The notes under the pieces: generated by a model
The model's database searches: none
What the model was told of the DNA's origin: nothing
The model's input: only the letters and a program-made list of their open reading frames with translations
Program-made: the position numbers and the translations under genes
NCBI GenBank assembly: GCA_900315675.1
Contig: OMZY01000013.1
Span: 700-64,699 of the forward strand
DNA from: an uncultured Eubacteriales bacterium
GTDB taxonomy: Bacteria > Bacillota > Clostridia > Christensenellales > Aristaeellaceae
Direction: 5' to 3'
Length of the DNA stretch: 64,000 nucleotides
Shown: positions 37,669-47,805 of the stretch, one piece after another
How positions within the stretch are numbered: the stretch's first letter is position 1
How the letters are laid out: each line of letters starts with the position of its first letter

Positions 37669-39477
37669 TTATGTCCGCACGGGCAGCCTGATGGTGATAG
37701 CCGTTCCCTTCCCTTCGGCGCTCTCATAACTCAGTCCCGCCCCGGGGCCATAGAGGCTGACCAGCCGGGAATTGATATTGCGCAGGGCATAGTGGCTGCC
37801 CGATTCCTCGTTGGCCTTTACGTCCTCAAGCTCCTCCCACAGCTGTTTCAGCCGTTCCGGCGTCATGCCGACGCCATCATCCTGTACCGTAATGCACAGT
37901 CCGTCGCCGTCATACCTGCCGGTCACACGGATCGTACCGCTGCGATCCGGTTTCTTGAGAATCCCGTGATGGATCGCGTTTTCCACCAGGGGCTGCAGGA
38001 TCAGGTGCGGCACCAGGCTCTGCTTCATCTCCTCCGGCACGTCAAAGATGAACTGAATCCTGTCCTCGTTCCGGATCTGCTGGATCTCACAGTAGAACCG
38101 CGTCAGCTCCAGTTCCTCCCGGACAGTCGCGTACTCGCTGCCGTAATTGAGACACCTCTTATAGAAACGGGACAGCAGAATAACGATGCGTTCCACCTGC
38201 TTCGCGTCGCCTACCATGGCGTAGTAATTGATCATCTCCAGGGTGTTGTACAGGAAATGCGGATTGATCTGTGCCTGGAGCGCTACCATCTCCGCGTGTT
38301 TCTGGCTTTCAGCCGCGAGCTTCTGCGCGTTCTTCAGCATGACCAGCTCGTCTGAAAGGTAATTGTAGCTCTCAATCAGCATACCGATTTCATCCTGGCG
38401 TTTCGTCCGGGGCAGCGGTTTCAGTTCTCCGTCCTTCAGGGCCGTCATCCCGTCGGAAACCATCGCGACCTTCTCCGTCATGTTTTTCGTGAAGGCCAGC
38501 GCGCCGACTGTAGCCGCCAGTCCCAGCAGCAGCGTAATGGCAATGATGACCAGCCACTGCCGGTTGCTGAAAATCAGTTTCCCCACGTCCATGACCCGGT
38601 AGGCATAAGCCAGGCGCCAGGGCGTACTCGCGACAGTCTCAATCCGCGCGACATAGTGATTCCCGCTGTCATCCAGCGTCATCCACCGGCCGAACTGGGA
38701 CACGTGGGTTTCGCTGATCCGCCGGACCAGCGTTTCCGGCAGCGTCTTTGCCCCCACAATCTGTTCCCCGTCGCGGGTCATCAGGAAGGCCCCGCACTCT
38801 CCGCCGATCAGCGACTGTTCCAGTGTCTGCTGGATATTCGCCGCGGAAAAATCAAAACGGATTACGGATACCGTAGACAGGATGCTGGCCGGATCACAGA
38901 CCCGCACCACACAGGAGAAGGGACTGTCCGTCAGGAATGAAACTTCCGAGTCATTCACGATCCAGTCTTTTTTGTAGGGTTCGGAAATCACCTTCCGGTA
39001 CCAGTCCATATTCTCAACCTGCCTGGCCGGAAAGATCCGACGGTTGTCCGTAAGGATATTCCGTTCCTGGGGAACGTAGACCTTCATGCTCATATTCCAG
39101 ATCTTCTCGTTGAGCACATAATCGAAGGTGGTGTTCATCAGCGCCTTGTCATGGGGCAGCTTCTGTGTATCCCAGTTTTCCGCGGGAGACTGAAGCAACG
39201 CCCGGACGTTGGCGTCCTGCAGCAGCAGGCAGATATCCTGCTGAACCACGTCCACACGGGTGGAAAACAGATCCAGCAGCTGGGAATAGGCATTCTGCGC
39301 ATTCTGTTCCTGGGATCTTGAAATGTTTTCCGCGCTGAAGCTGTTGAACAGTGAGGTGGACACCAGCAGCGGGACAAAAACAGAAAGCAGGACCAGCAGG
39401 GTCATCTTCGTTTTAAGCCGGCTGTCGCGGATCTTGCTGAAAAGCCATCTGAATCCCTTGTGCAGTACAGACTTCAT
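37669..39477 (-). CDS. YesM-type sensor histidine kinase
   Basis: Two TMs, HAMP, LQAQINPHFLYNTLE, LQPLVENAIHHG, VQDDGVG, GKGT. Confidence 0.92.
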   Translation of the reverse strand: MKSVLHKGFRWLFSKIRDSRLKTKMTLLVLLSVFVPLLVSTSLFNSFSAENISRSQEQNAQNAYSQLLDLFSTRVDVVQQDICLLLQDANVRALLQSPAENWDTQKLPHDKALMNTTFDYVLNEKIWNMSMKVYVPQERNILTDNRRIFPARQVENMDWYRKVISEPYKKDWIVNDSEVSFLTDSPFSCVVRVCDPASILSTVSVIRFDFSAANIQQTLEQSLIGGECGAFLMTRDGEQIVGAKTLPETLVRRISETHVSQFGRWMTLDDSGNHYVARIETVASTPWRLAYAYRVMDVGKLIFSNRQWLVIIAITLLLGLAATVGALAFTKNMTEKVAMVSDGMTALKDGELKPLPRTKRQDEIGMLIESYNYLSDELVMLKNAQKLAAESQKHAEMVALQAQINPHFLYNTLEMINYYAMVGDAKQVERIVILLSRFYKRCLNYGSEYATVREELELTRFYCEIQQIRNEDRIQFIFDVPEEMKQSLVPHLILQPLVENAIHHGILKKPDRSGTIRVTGRYDGDGLCITVQDDGVGMTPERLKQLWEELEDVKANEESGSHYALRNINSRLVSLYGPGAGLSYESAEGKGTAITIRLPVRT

Positions 39478-41033
39478 TTCAGATCCTCCGCCCGCCCGCT
39501 TGGCGCGAAGCCTTTCTGTTTCTTGAACGCGTAGGAGAAATAATTGCCGTTGCGGTAGCCGACCATCCGCGCAACGTCCTTCACCCGGTATTCCCCGCTT
39601 TCCATGATTTCCTGGGCTTTGTCAATCCGGATCCGGGTCAGGTAATCCCCCAGCGTGCAGCCGGTGACATTCCGGAAAAGATGGGCCAGGTAGGAGGACG
39701 ACAGGTGCATGTGCTCTGAAATCAGCCCGATGCTCAGCTCCGGATTCGCGTAATTCTGCTGGATATACCCGATGATCTTATTCACCACCGGATTGTCTGT
39801 ATAGTGGTTGTTCACCTTCTCATAATAATCCCGGATCACGCCGAGCGTGTACTGGTGCAGCTCGTCCAGGAAGCGGCAGCTCCGCAGCCGGTCCAGCATC
39901 CGGTATTCATCCATCGGGAGATCAAACAGCAGGATGTTCTCCTTTTCGGCCTCCCGATACATGCGCATAATAATCGAATAATAGAACCGGTGTACGTCCG
40001 AGGGCAGCGTCCCATCATTCATCTTCAGCTGCGCGGCAAGATTGTTCAGCATGGAGACAATCATCTCGCTGTTTTCCTTCTGCAGCGCGTGCGAATAAGC
40101 CGAGAGCGGGATCTCATTCAGATCCAGGCTCCGGGGCTTTTCCTCCTGGGACAGGATGAGGCACCCCGGTTCCCGGTAATAATACCGGAGCAGCGACTGC
40201 ATTGCGGACTGATAGGATCTGTACAGCTGGGAAGCGTCCCGGACAAATCGGCCGATCACGTGGCAGCAGATCACCTGCCGCTGCGCCAGGTAATCCGTAA
40301 TCTGTTCAAAGAGCGGCGCAAGCACCGCTGTCTTTTTCTGGGTTTCATCCGTGCAGAGGATGTGGAAAACCAGCCTGTTCTCGTCCTGGAAAAAGCACAT
40401 GCCAATTCCGGCGTTCCCGAAGGCAGGCATCAGGGCTGAAAACAGTTCCTCCGGGGAGCCAAGCCCGCCCCGGTCCGACGGAAAGAGCTGGGTGATCCCG
40501 GCAGCAAACAGGCAGAAGGATTTCTCCTTAAAATACTCCTTCAACGCCTGCACGGCTTCCGGATGGTTTTCTTCATTGATCAGGCTTTTCGCGATGGAAG
40601 TCTGCCGGGCGAAGAGACTCTTGGCCCGAAGCTCCTCCCGGTCCAGGCTTACCTGGTAACGGTTGGTGATCTCCTCTGCGGCCGTCCGGATATCCGCGGT
40701 CAGTTCCGCGATATCGATCGGTTTTTCCACATAACTAACCGCCCTGAGGCGAATTGCGCTGCGCAGGTACGGGACGTCCGAATACCCGCTGATAAAGATC
40801 ACTTTCGCCTCCGGGTTGTGGTAAAGGTATTCCTCCGCCAGCTTGATGCCGTCCAGGCCGGGCATACGGATATCCGTCACCAGGATATCCGGCTTGAATA
40901 CGCGTATCACGTTCAGTGCCCTCTCGCCGTCATCGCAGACTTCCAGCTGGTCAATCCCGATCTCCTGCCAGTTGATCTGTAACCGAATTCTTTCGCGTAC
41001 AAAAGATTCATCGTCAACCAACAATAGTTTCAT
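39474..41033 (-). CDS. YesN-type response regulator with AraC HTH
   Basis: LLLVDDE, VTDIRMPGLDG, C-terminal LSSSYLAHLF...VGYRNGNYFSYAFKK. Confidence 0.93.
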   Translation of the reverse strand: MKLLLVDDESFVRERIRLQINWQEIGIDQLEVCDDGERALNVIRVFKPDILVTDIRMPGLDGIKLAEEYLYHNPEAKVIFISGYSDVPYLRSAIRLRAVSYVEKPIDIAELTADIRTAAEEITNRYQVSLDREELRAKSLFARQTSIAKSLINEENHPEAVQALKEYFKEKSFCLFAAGITQLFPSDRGGLGSPEELFSALMPAFGNAGIGMCFFQDENRLVFHILCTDETQKKTAVLAPLFEQITDYLAQRQVICCHVIGRFVRDASQLYRSYQSAMQSLLRYYYREPGCLILSQEEKPRSLDLNEIPLSAYSHALQKENSEMIVSMLNNLAAQLKMNDGTLPSDVHRFYYSIIMRMYREAEKENILLFDLPMDEYRMLDRLRSCRFLDELHQYTLGVIRDYYEKVNNHYTDNPVVNKIIGYIQQNYANPELSIGLISEHMHLSSSYLAHLFRNVTGCTLGDYLTRIRIDKAQEIMESGEYRVKDVARMVGYRNGNYFSYAFKKQKGFAPSGRAEDLK

Positions 41034-41305
41034 ACCAATCCCCTATCCCCGGCTGTATATGGAAAAAGCGTTTCCTGTTCCTGTCCGCGTTTTCAGTTTT
41101 TCCGTCAGTCGGGATATCTTCCGTTGAAATTTTATTTATCATATCACAACCATACAAAAAGAAAAAGGCCTCTGCGCTTTGCGATATAAGCATGACAGTC
41201 GCTGTCAGATCCCATGGCAATTATATCCCGGCATTCTCCCAAGACCCGGACGCCTGTATCACATACTCAAAAAAGAGGAGCTTGTGCTCCTCTTTGTATT
41301 GGCTT

Positions 41306-43669
41306 TTACATATTACAGACAAGATTCGCCAGGATCTGGAATCCGGCCGCACCCCAGCTGCCCGCAAAGCCGGGCATGATGCCGAAGAAGGGGCTGCCCC
41401 CAAGTTTCATGCCGTCGCAGAAGCGGCGGGCGATTTCCTTCGCTAGTTCCGTCTTGCCGGCGCTGTACAGGCCGGTAGCAATCAGCAGGTTTTCCGACGC
41501 GCTGGGGCCGCCGTTGCCGTATCCATTCATGGAGAAATCCCGGCTGGTCAGGCGCTGGCTCAGCAAGCCGTAGGGGCTCAGGTAGTTTCCTTCCTCTGCC
41601 AGGTCTGCGGCCATTTTATCAATGATCTCCTGCGGCAGACGTTTCCCAAGCACCAACGGACGGTAGAACATGATAGCCGCCGTATCGATCACCTCGTGCG
41701 TGCCGTCCACCCGGCCGATGAAGCGCTCCCCGTTCCAGAAGTGGTCGATCATCTTCCGGATCAGATCATTTGATTTCACAGCCCAGTTCTTGCACTCCGC
41801 CTCATCCTTCCCAAGGATCTGTCCCAGCTTTCCGATGTATTCATACAGCAGCGCCAGGAAAGCGCTCAGGTCCGGCAGCTCCACCATGTGATGATCCCGG
41901 GTGATGGCGGTGCCGTCGTTGCCGGTTTCATCCCCATGCTCATAGTTCGGAATGCCGTCCCCGTCGTTGTCCCGGTACAGCGTAAACCAATCCGCCCAGC
42001 GGGCATAGCCGTCATACATCCACTCCAGCTTGTCCCGCGGGACCTCCTTCCTAAAGTCGTGTTCCCGCATCAGGATATCCAGCGCCCACCCCTGAACCGG
42101 CGGCTTGATCTGGCCGAGCACCGCCCGGCCGTCGCCATACAGATCCGCCAGCTGGCCGGACGGAGCCTGCCAGTCCAGCATGTTCAGCATCAGTTCAATT
42201 GCCACGGGCAGGTTATTTTTCAGCACCACTGCGTTCTCGCACATCTGCCACTCGGAAGCGCAGAAGGTGGCGCCCATGTACATATAAGGTCGTTTGATCC
42301 GACCGCTGGGGCTCATCAGATGGGTCCAGGTCATCCAGGCGGCCTTCTCCCGCTCCTCGGCGTAGTGCGCGCTGAGCGGCGGCTGTTTCGCCAGGAAAGA
42401 TTCCCAGTCGTTCCGGACTTTCTCCAGGCCTTCCTCATAGCTGTAAAGGCTTTCACGCTCCACGCCCGCGTGGTCGAAGTCCTCCACGGACAGGAGCAGT
42501 TCTCCGCTTTCGTCCGGCAGGAAATCGCCCTTCACAACGGGGGTGGACAGCTTTTCCCAGTCCCAGTCCGCTCTGATATCCGCCTTTCCCTTCCAGGGTG
42601 TGAACACAATGCTCGCCGTACGCAGGAACACCGCTTCCCAGGATTTTTTTCCCCGGGGCTTCATCATCTCATGGGAAGTCAGGTTCCCGTCGATCCGGAT
42701 TCCCAGGCCGTTCTCGCTCCGGAACAGCATGAGGTTCTCCTCCGGGAAGCAGACGCGGATGTTGCCGTGCTGCGTGCGGATCAGAAGCTCCGTGGGTGTT
42801 GTCAGCAGGGAGTAAGGCACCTTATGCCCCTCAAAGACAGGAGAAATATCGAACAGCCTGCTGCTGGGCACGATGCGGCGCAGTGCACCGTCCCGGCGGG
42901 AACCCAGATAGAGCTTCGCGGCGCCGTATCCGCTGCCGCCTCCCCCGTTGAACAGGCCCATCCAGCAGCCCTGCCGGGTATAGGCGTTCATCCCCAGGGC
43001 GATGAAGTTCTTGCCGTCGTTCTTGAACTTCGACTCGGACACCGCCGTGAACCGCGCGCGGATAAACGAGCGGTTCTCCATCTCGTCCACCACGGCCAGG
43101 GCGTAGTCCTCATAGGTGATGTAGCTCATGTTCATGGCGTTCTTGATGGCTACATCCGTGCCGAGGGTATAGGTGCCCACGCCCCTGCTGCCCGCATCGA
43201 AGAACTCGGCGGGACTCACGAAGGTGTAGTTCACCCTGCTGGCCGCCAGCTTCAGGTAGGCGTCGAACATCTTCCGCGGCACGACGCTGAACTCCGGTGA
43301 CATGTCGTCGATCAGCCGGCGGGTGCGGGTTTCATCCGTGAACAGGCTGGCCGCGCCGCCCACCACTATCAGGCGGACATCGGGGATCGGCTCCATAATC
43401 CGGATCATATGCTCCATGACCAGCACGTGCTGGTTCTCATTGCCAGGTTTGCCGAAATTGGTGCCGAAGGCGTTGACCACGACGTCAAATCCGCGCAGGT
43501 CCTCCGTGGTCAGCTCAAAAATATCCTTGGCAATCACGGGATAACTTTCTTCCAGCCGATGAACCGAAGCGGGACGCGTGACCGCCGTCACTTCGTATCC
43601 CCTTTTCTTCGCTTCCCGGGCAATCAGCTTACCCGCTTTGCCTGTTGCACCGATAACTGCTACTTTCAT
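41306..43669 (-). CDS. NAD(P)H-binding domain fused to a GH63/MGH1-like (alpha/alpha)6 domain
   Basis: AVIGATGKAG, IVVGGAASL; later GQLAD...IKPPVQGWAL, RDNDGDGIPNYEHGDETG, PDLSAFL, WNGERF. Confidence 0.7.
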   Translation of the reverse strand: MKVAVIGATGKAGKLIAREAKKRGYEVTAVTRPASVHRLEESYPVIAKDIFELTTEDLRGFDVVVNAFGTNFGKPGNENQHVLVMEHMIRIMEPIPDVRLIVVGGAASLFTDETRTRRLIDDMSPEFSVVPRKMFDAYLKLAASRVNYTFVSPAEFFDAGSRGVGTYTLGTDVAIKNAMNMSYITYEDYALAVVDEMENRSFIRARFTAVSESKFKNDGKNFIALGMNAYTRQGCWMGLFNGGGGSGYGAAKLYLGSRRDGALRRIVPSSRLFDISPVFEGHKVPYSLLTTPTELLIRTQHGNIRVCFPEENLMLFRSENGLGIRIDGNLTSHEMMKPRGKKSWEAVFLRTASIVFTPWKGKADIRADWDWEKLSTPVVKGDFLPDESGELLLSVEDFDHAGVERESLYSYEEGLEKVRNDWESFLAKQPPLSAHYAEEREKAAWMTWTHLMSPSGRIKRPYMYMGATFCASEWQMCENAVVLKNNLPVAIELMLNMLDWQAPSGQLADLYGDGRAVLGQIKPPVQGWALDILMREHDFRKEVPRDKLEWMYDGYARWADWFTLYRDNDGDGIPNYEHGDETGNDGTAITRDHHMVELPDLSAFLALLYEYIGKLGQILGKDEAECKNWAVKSNDLIRKMIDHFWNGERFIGRVDGTHEVIDTAAIMFYRPLVLGKRLPQEIIDKMAADLAEEGNYLSPYGLLSQRLTSRDFSMNGYGNGGPSASENLLIATGLYSAGKTELAKEIARRFCDGMKLGGSPFFGIMPGFAGSWGAAGFQILANLVCNM

Positions 43670-43687
43670 CTCTATCCGCCTCCTTCC

Positions 43688-46090
43688 TCAATGGTTGCAG
43701 CACAGGTCCGCCAGGGCGATATAAGCGGTGGCAGGCCAGCTGCCGGCCATGCCCGCGCCCCGGGAGCCGGAGAACGGATCCATGACCATGGAGAAAGTGC
43801 CGTCCCGGATGGCAGTGCAGTACCGCAAAGCGATTTTCTTTGCCAGTTTTTCCTCGCCTGCGTCATACAGGCCGTACAGGATCATCAGGTTCACAGGAGC
43901 CCAGATGCCGCCGCAGCAGGAGCCGCCCAGGCGGAAGTTCTCGCTGCTCAGCTTTTCGCTTGCCAGGCCGTAGTTCGTCAGCCAGTCCCCTTCCTCGCTC
44001 AGATCCTCCGCCATTTTCCGGATAATCTCCGGCGGCAGGCGTTTCCCAAGCACCAGGGGCATATAGTAGAGGATGGAATCGGTCTTCACTTCCTCATGGG
44101 TTCGGTTCACCAACGCGATGAAGCGCTCGCCGTTCCAGAAAGTTTTGATCATCCGGTCAATAATCTCCCGGGAACGGGTATACCATTCCTCACAGACAGC
44201 GCTATCCAGTTTCAGCATTCCGGCGAGATCACCGAGGACTTCGAACAGCAGCCCCAGGTAGGCGCACAGGTCCGGCGTCTCCATGACCGGAGCGTATTTG
44301 AACACAGAGTTGTCGTCCAGGCCCGCGTCATCCCCGTGCTCATACTGAGGAATGCCGTCGCGGTCGTCGTCCCTGTATTTCATAAACCAGTTTCCCCAGG
44401 CAGCCAGGCCGTCATACAGGTACTGCAAATCCTTCGGGGCCATTTCCGCAGCCAGGTCATGGTATTTCATGATCCATTTGAGGGCCCAGCCCTGGACCGG
44501 CGGCTTGATGGACTGCCAGCAGCCGTAGGAATCGTCATAAAAATCCGGAAGCTGGCCCTGGGGGCTGGCCTCATCCAACGGAATCATCATGAAATCCATG
44601 GCCATTCTCAGATCCCGGTGCAAAGCCACCGCATGATGGGACAGCTGCCACTGGGAGCCACAGAAATTGCTGAACATATACATCATCGGACGGCGGATCC
44701 GTCCGGCGGGATTGACGATATGGGAATAGAGAATGTAGGCAGCCTCGTCTCGGCGTTCGTCCAGCGCGGCGTCAAAGTGCGGGATATTCGCCAGGAAGGC
44801 TTCCCAGTCCGCGTTCGCGTCCGCAAGGGCCTCCTCATAGGTTGGATAGGTTTCCCGGACCCGCTGGCTGAACTCGCTTTCGTCCACGGCCAGCAGGAAG
44901 CGCCCGTTCTCATCCGGAGTAATAAAACCCTCCACAAACGGCGTAGTCATCTTTTCCAGATCCCATGGTGCATGCATGTCGATGGAGCCCTCCAGGGGAT
45001 TGAGCAGCAGGCAGCAGCCGCGCCAGTTGTTCATGCTCTCCCAGGCCTTGTCTCCCCGAGGCTTCATCATCTCATGGGCGACGTAGTCCTTGCGCACCCG
45101 CAGGGACAGACCCCGTTCGCCTTTGATATAGAGCATGTCGCTCTCAGCGAAGCAGCAGCGGATTTCCCCGTAAGCCGTGCGCAGGATCAGCTCCGTGGGC
45201 GAAGTAATAACCGCAAACTCGACGGTTCGCCCCTGCCATACCGGTGCAATCTGCAGCAGTTCCGCCACGCCGTCATCCGGCTCGATGTTCCCCCGCAGGC
45301 TGTTCAGACACAGCATGCCGCCGGCGTAATTCAGGCTGCCCCGTGCCCGCCGGTTGCCCGGCTTTCCGGAGAACACGCCGAAGTGCCCGCCCCTGCGCTT
45401 GAATGGTATGGCCGTAATATCGAAAGTCATACGCTCAATGTAGTTATAGCTTGTATCGGAAACGGCGGTAAACCGTCTGCCTTCAAACTGTTTCCGGCCG
45501 ATCTCATCGACCATGGCCACCGCGTAGTCTGCATAGGAAATATAGCTCCTGCCTTCAGGATTCATGATCCGTACATCGGTGGTTGTAATATAGTGCCCTG
45601 TCCGTTTTCCTGCAAAATCAAACTGCTCGGCAGGGCTGAAATAGGTCCAGTTAACACTGCTCTTCTTCAATTTCCCGAAGGCTTCCATCATCGCGACGGG
45701 AACCGCTCGGTAAGATTCCGGAATATTCTCCAGGACCAGGGATGTTTTGGTTTCATCCGTATACAGGCTGGCCGCGCCGCCCACCACCATCAGGCGGACC
45801 TCCGGTAGCGGCTCCAGGATTTCAATCAGGTGATCCATGGCGGCAACATGCTGCCCGGCTGCCCCGGGACTGCCCATGGGCGTGCCGAAGGCGTCCACCA
45901 CCACGTCAAATGCTTTCAGGTCCTCGGACGTCAGATCAAAGAGATCGCGATTCAATACGCTGTAATCCCCCTGCAGACGGGCCTGCGCGTCCCCGCGCAC
46001 AATGGCGGTCACCTCGTAACCGCGCAGCCTTGCTTCCGCTGCAATCAGCCCCCCGGCTCTGCCCGCCGCGCCGATAACAGCAATTCTCAT
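43688..46090 (-). CDS. NAD(P)H-binding domain fused to a GH63/MGH1-like (alpha/alpha)6 domain
   Basis: AVIGAAGRAG, MVVGGAASL; later GQLPD...IKPPVQGWAL, RDDDRDGIPQYEHGDDAGLDDNS, PDLCAYL, GIWAP. Confidence 0.72.
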   Translation of the reverse strand: MRIAVIGAAGRAGGLIAAEARLRGYEVTAIVRGDAQARLQGDYSVLNRDLFDLTSEDLKAFDVVVDAFGTPMGSPGAAGQHVAAMDHLIEILEPLPEVRLMVVGGAASLYTDETKTSLVLENIPESYRAVPVAMMEAFGKLKKSSVNWTYFSPAEQFDFAGKRTGHYITTTDVRIMNPEGRSYISYADYAVAMVDEIGRKQFEGRRFTAVSDTSYNYIERMTFDITAIPFKRRGGHFGVFSGKPGNRRARGSLNYAGGMLCLNSLRGNIEPDDGVAELLQIAPVWQGRTVEFAVITSPTELILRTAYGEIRCCFAESDMLYIKGERGLSLRVRKDYVAHEMMKPRGDKAWESMNNWRGCCLLLNPLEGSIDMHAPWDLEKMTTPFVEGFITPDENGRFLLAVDESEFSQRVRETYPTYEEALADANADWEAFLANIPHFDAALDERRDEAAYILYSHIVNPAGRIRRPMMYMFSNFCGSQWQLSHHAVALHRDLRMAMDFMMIPLDEASPQGQLPDFYDDSYGCWQSIKPPVQGWALKWIMKYHDLAAEMAPKDLQYLYDGLAAWGNWFMKYRDDDRDGIPQYEHGDDAGLDDNSVFKYAPVMETPDLCAYLGLLFEVLGDLAGMLKLDSAVCEEWYTRSREIIDRMIKTFWNGERFIALVNRTHEEVKTDSILYYMPLVLGKRLPPEIIRKMAEDLSEEGDWLTNYGLASEKLSSENFRLGGSCCGGIWAPVNLMILYGLYDAGEEKLAKKIALRYCTAIRDGTFSMVMDPFSGSRGAGMAGSWPATAYIALADLCCNH

Positions 46091-46183
46091 CGTTCTTCCC
46101 CCTTTGCTTCGTTCGGTGGAACAGGGTACCGCGGGGATAACCCCCGCGGTACCCGCCCTTTCCCTTCAGAAACCCGTTGCCGG

Positions 46184-47767
46184 TCAGTTGCTCATGTACC
46201 GGTCGAGCGCCTGCTGTTTAATCTCTATCAGTTTCTCAGCACCCATATCATAGCACTGCTTCAGATAATCGTCATACTCGCTCAGCGGACGGCTGCCGTT
46301 GATGAATTTCACCAGGTTTTCCTTCACATACGTGTCAAGATCGTCAAAGATCGCATAATACGCTTCGGATTCTTCCGTGTTCATCTCTGCAAAGGAGGTG
46401 TAAACACGGGTATCCTCCGTACAGTTGCTGTCCCATACTTCCGGTGCATTGAATGCGTCCTCGGACATCTGGATCTTTTCCTTGTGGTATACGTAAATGG
46501 TGGGAGCACCCTTCAGGGTGTAGTAATACAGGGCGGAGTTTCGGGTCATATCCGGATTGGCGTAAATCGTCGAACTGAACTGCGTACGCCCATCCACAAC
46601 TTCATAGGAAACGCCCTCGAAACCGTACTGTGACAGATGATAGCCGTCATCCGTAAACAGGTAGTCCAGCGCCTTGAGCAGCGGGACGGGATCCTTGCAG
46701 GCGGTGGTGATATACCAGGCGGGGCCGTTGATGTAGCCGCTGGTCCTCCAGATGGAAATCTTGTCGCCCTTGTTCTCCACCGGGTCCGGAACGGGCACCA
46801 GGTGGTAGTTGGGGTCCCCGGACTGCAGGCCGCGGTTGTCGATTTCCGTATACATCTCGAACCAGGCGCCAGCCATGCCGGTGGTCGTCAGGCTGGTGTC
46901 CGGGATGAAGTTGTTGTTGCGGGTATAGAAGTCCTTGTCGATCAGGCCTTCCTGGTACCACTGGGCCATGGTTTCCACATACTTGCGGTAGCCTTCGGTA
47001 ACGGGACCCCACTGAACCTTTCCGTCATCGTCCACGAAGTAAGCGTCGCAGGTACCGAATCCATTGGCCAGGTGGCTGGCGCCCATGCCTGTGGAAAGCA
47101 TGCCGTCGGAGGGCAGCAGCAGCGGCGCAGTGGCGCCCTTTTCATTCTTGAAGCGGGTCAGCATCTCGTGCCAGTCGTCATACGTTTCAGGCATGTCCAT
47201 GCCCAGATCGTCCAGCCAGTCCTTCCGCAGCACCGGTCCAAACCAGTTGTGCTGGGCAGGGATCCACACATTCATGATGCCCTTCAGATTGCCTTCGGGG
47301 GTGAACGCCTGGCGGCGGGTTTCATCGTCCGTGTTGATCAGAGCCCAGAAGTTGGGCATGTACTGCTCCGCCAGCTCGTTCAGCCGGAGATAGACGCCGT
47401 CGCGGATCGCCGCGTCCAGACCGCCCTTGTACAGGGTCGTACCAGTGGACAGGTTGACGATGTCCGGATAGTCTCCGGAAGCCAGCATCATGTTGTACGC
47501 TTCGCTGAAACCGTTCTGCGCGGTGGGAATAATGTCCAGGGACACGTTGGTCCGCTTGAACCATTCCTTGTAGGCGGCGCCGTCCGCCAGCGTCTCCATG
47601 CCGGCGCCTTCAAACTCGAAAGCCGTTTCAGACATCATCGTATAGGTGACGGGGTTTTCCACGACAGGCAGGGTATAGTCATTTTTGATCACGAAGTTCG
47701 GCTCAGCCATCGCCGTGCTGCCCAAAAGCAGGGCAACCATGAGAAGGATGGATATTATGCGTTTCAT
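46184..47767 (-). CDS. Carbohydrate ABC transporter substrate-binding protein
   Basis: Signal peptide; MLASGDYPDI, LRKDWLDDLGMDMPETYDDW, GFEGVSYE, C-terminal KFINGSRPLSEYDDY. Confidence 0.9.
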   Translation of the reverse strand: MKRIISILLMVALLLGSTAMAEPNFVIKNDYTLPVVENPVTYTMMSETAFEFEGAGMETLADGAAYKEWFKRTNVSLDIIPTAQNGFSEAYNMMLASGDYPDIVNLSTGTTLYKGGLDAAIRDGVYLRLNELAEQYMPNFWALINTDDETRRQAFTPEGNLKGIMNVWIPAQHNWFGPVLRKDWLDDLGMDMPETYDDWHEMLTRFKNEKGATAPLLLPSDGMLSTGMGASHLANGFGTCDAYFVDDDGKVQWGPVTEGYRKYVETMAQWYQEGLIDKDFYTRNNNFIPDTSLTTTGMAGAWFEMYTEIDNRGLQSGDPNYHLVPVPDPVENKGDKISIWRTSGYINGPAWYITTACKDPVPLLKALDYLFTDDGYHLSQYGFEGVSYEVVDGRTQFSSTIYANPDMTRNSALYYYTLKGAPTIYVYHKEKIQMSEDAFNAPEVWDSNCTEDTRVYTSFAEMNTEESEAYYAIFDDLDTYVKENLVKFINGSRPLSEYDDYLKQCYDMGAEKLIEIKQQALDRYMSN

Positions 47768-47805
47768 GATGAAATACTCCTTTTCGCCTTATTACGGTTC
47801 CGTTG

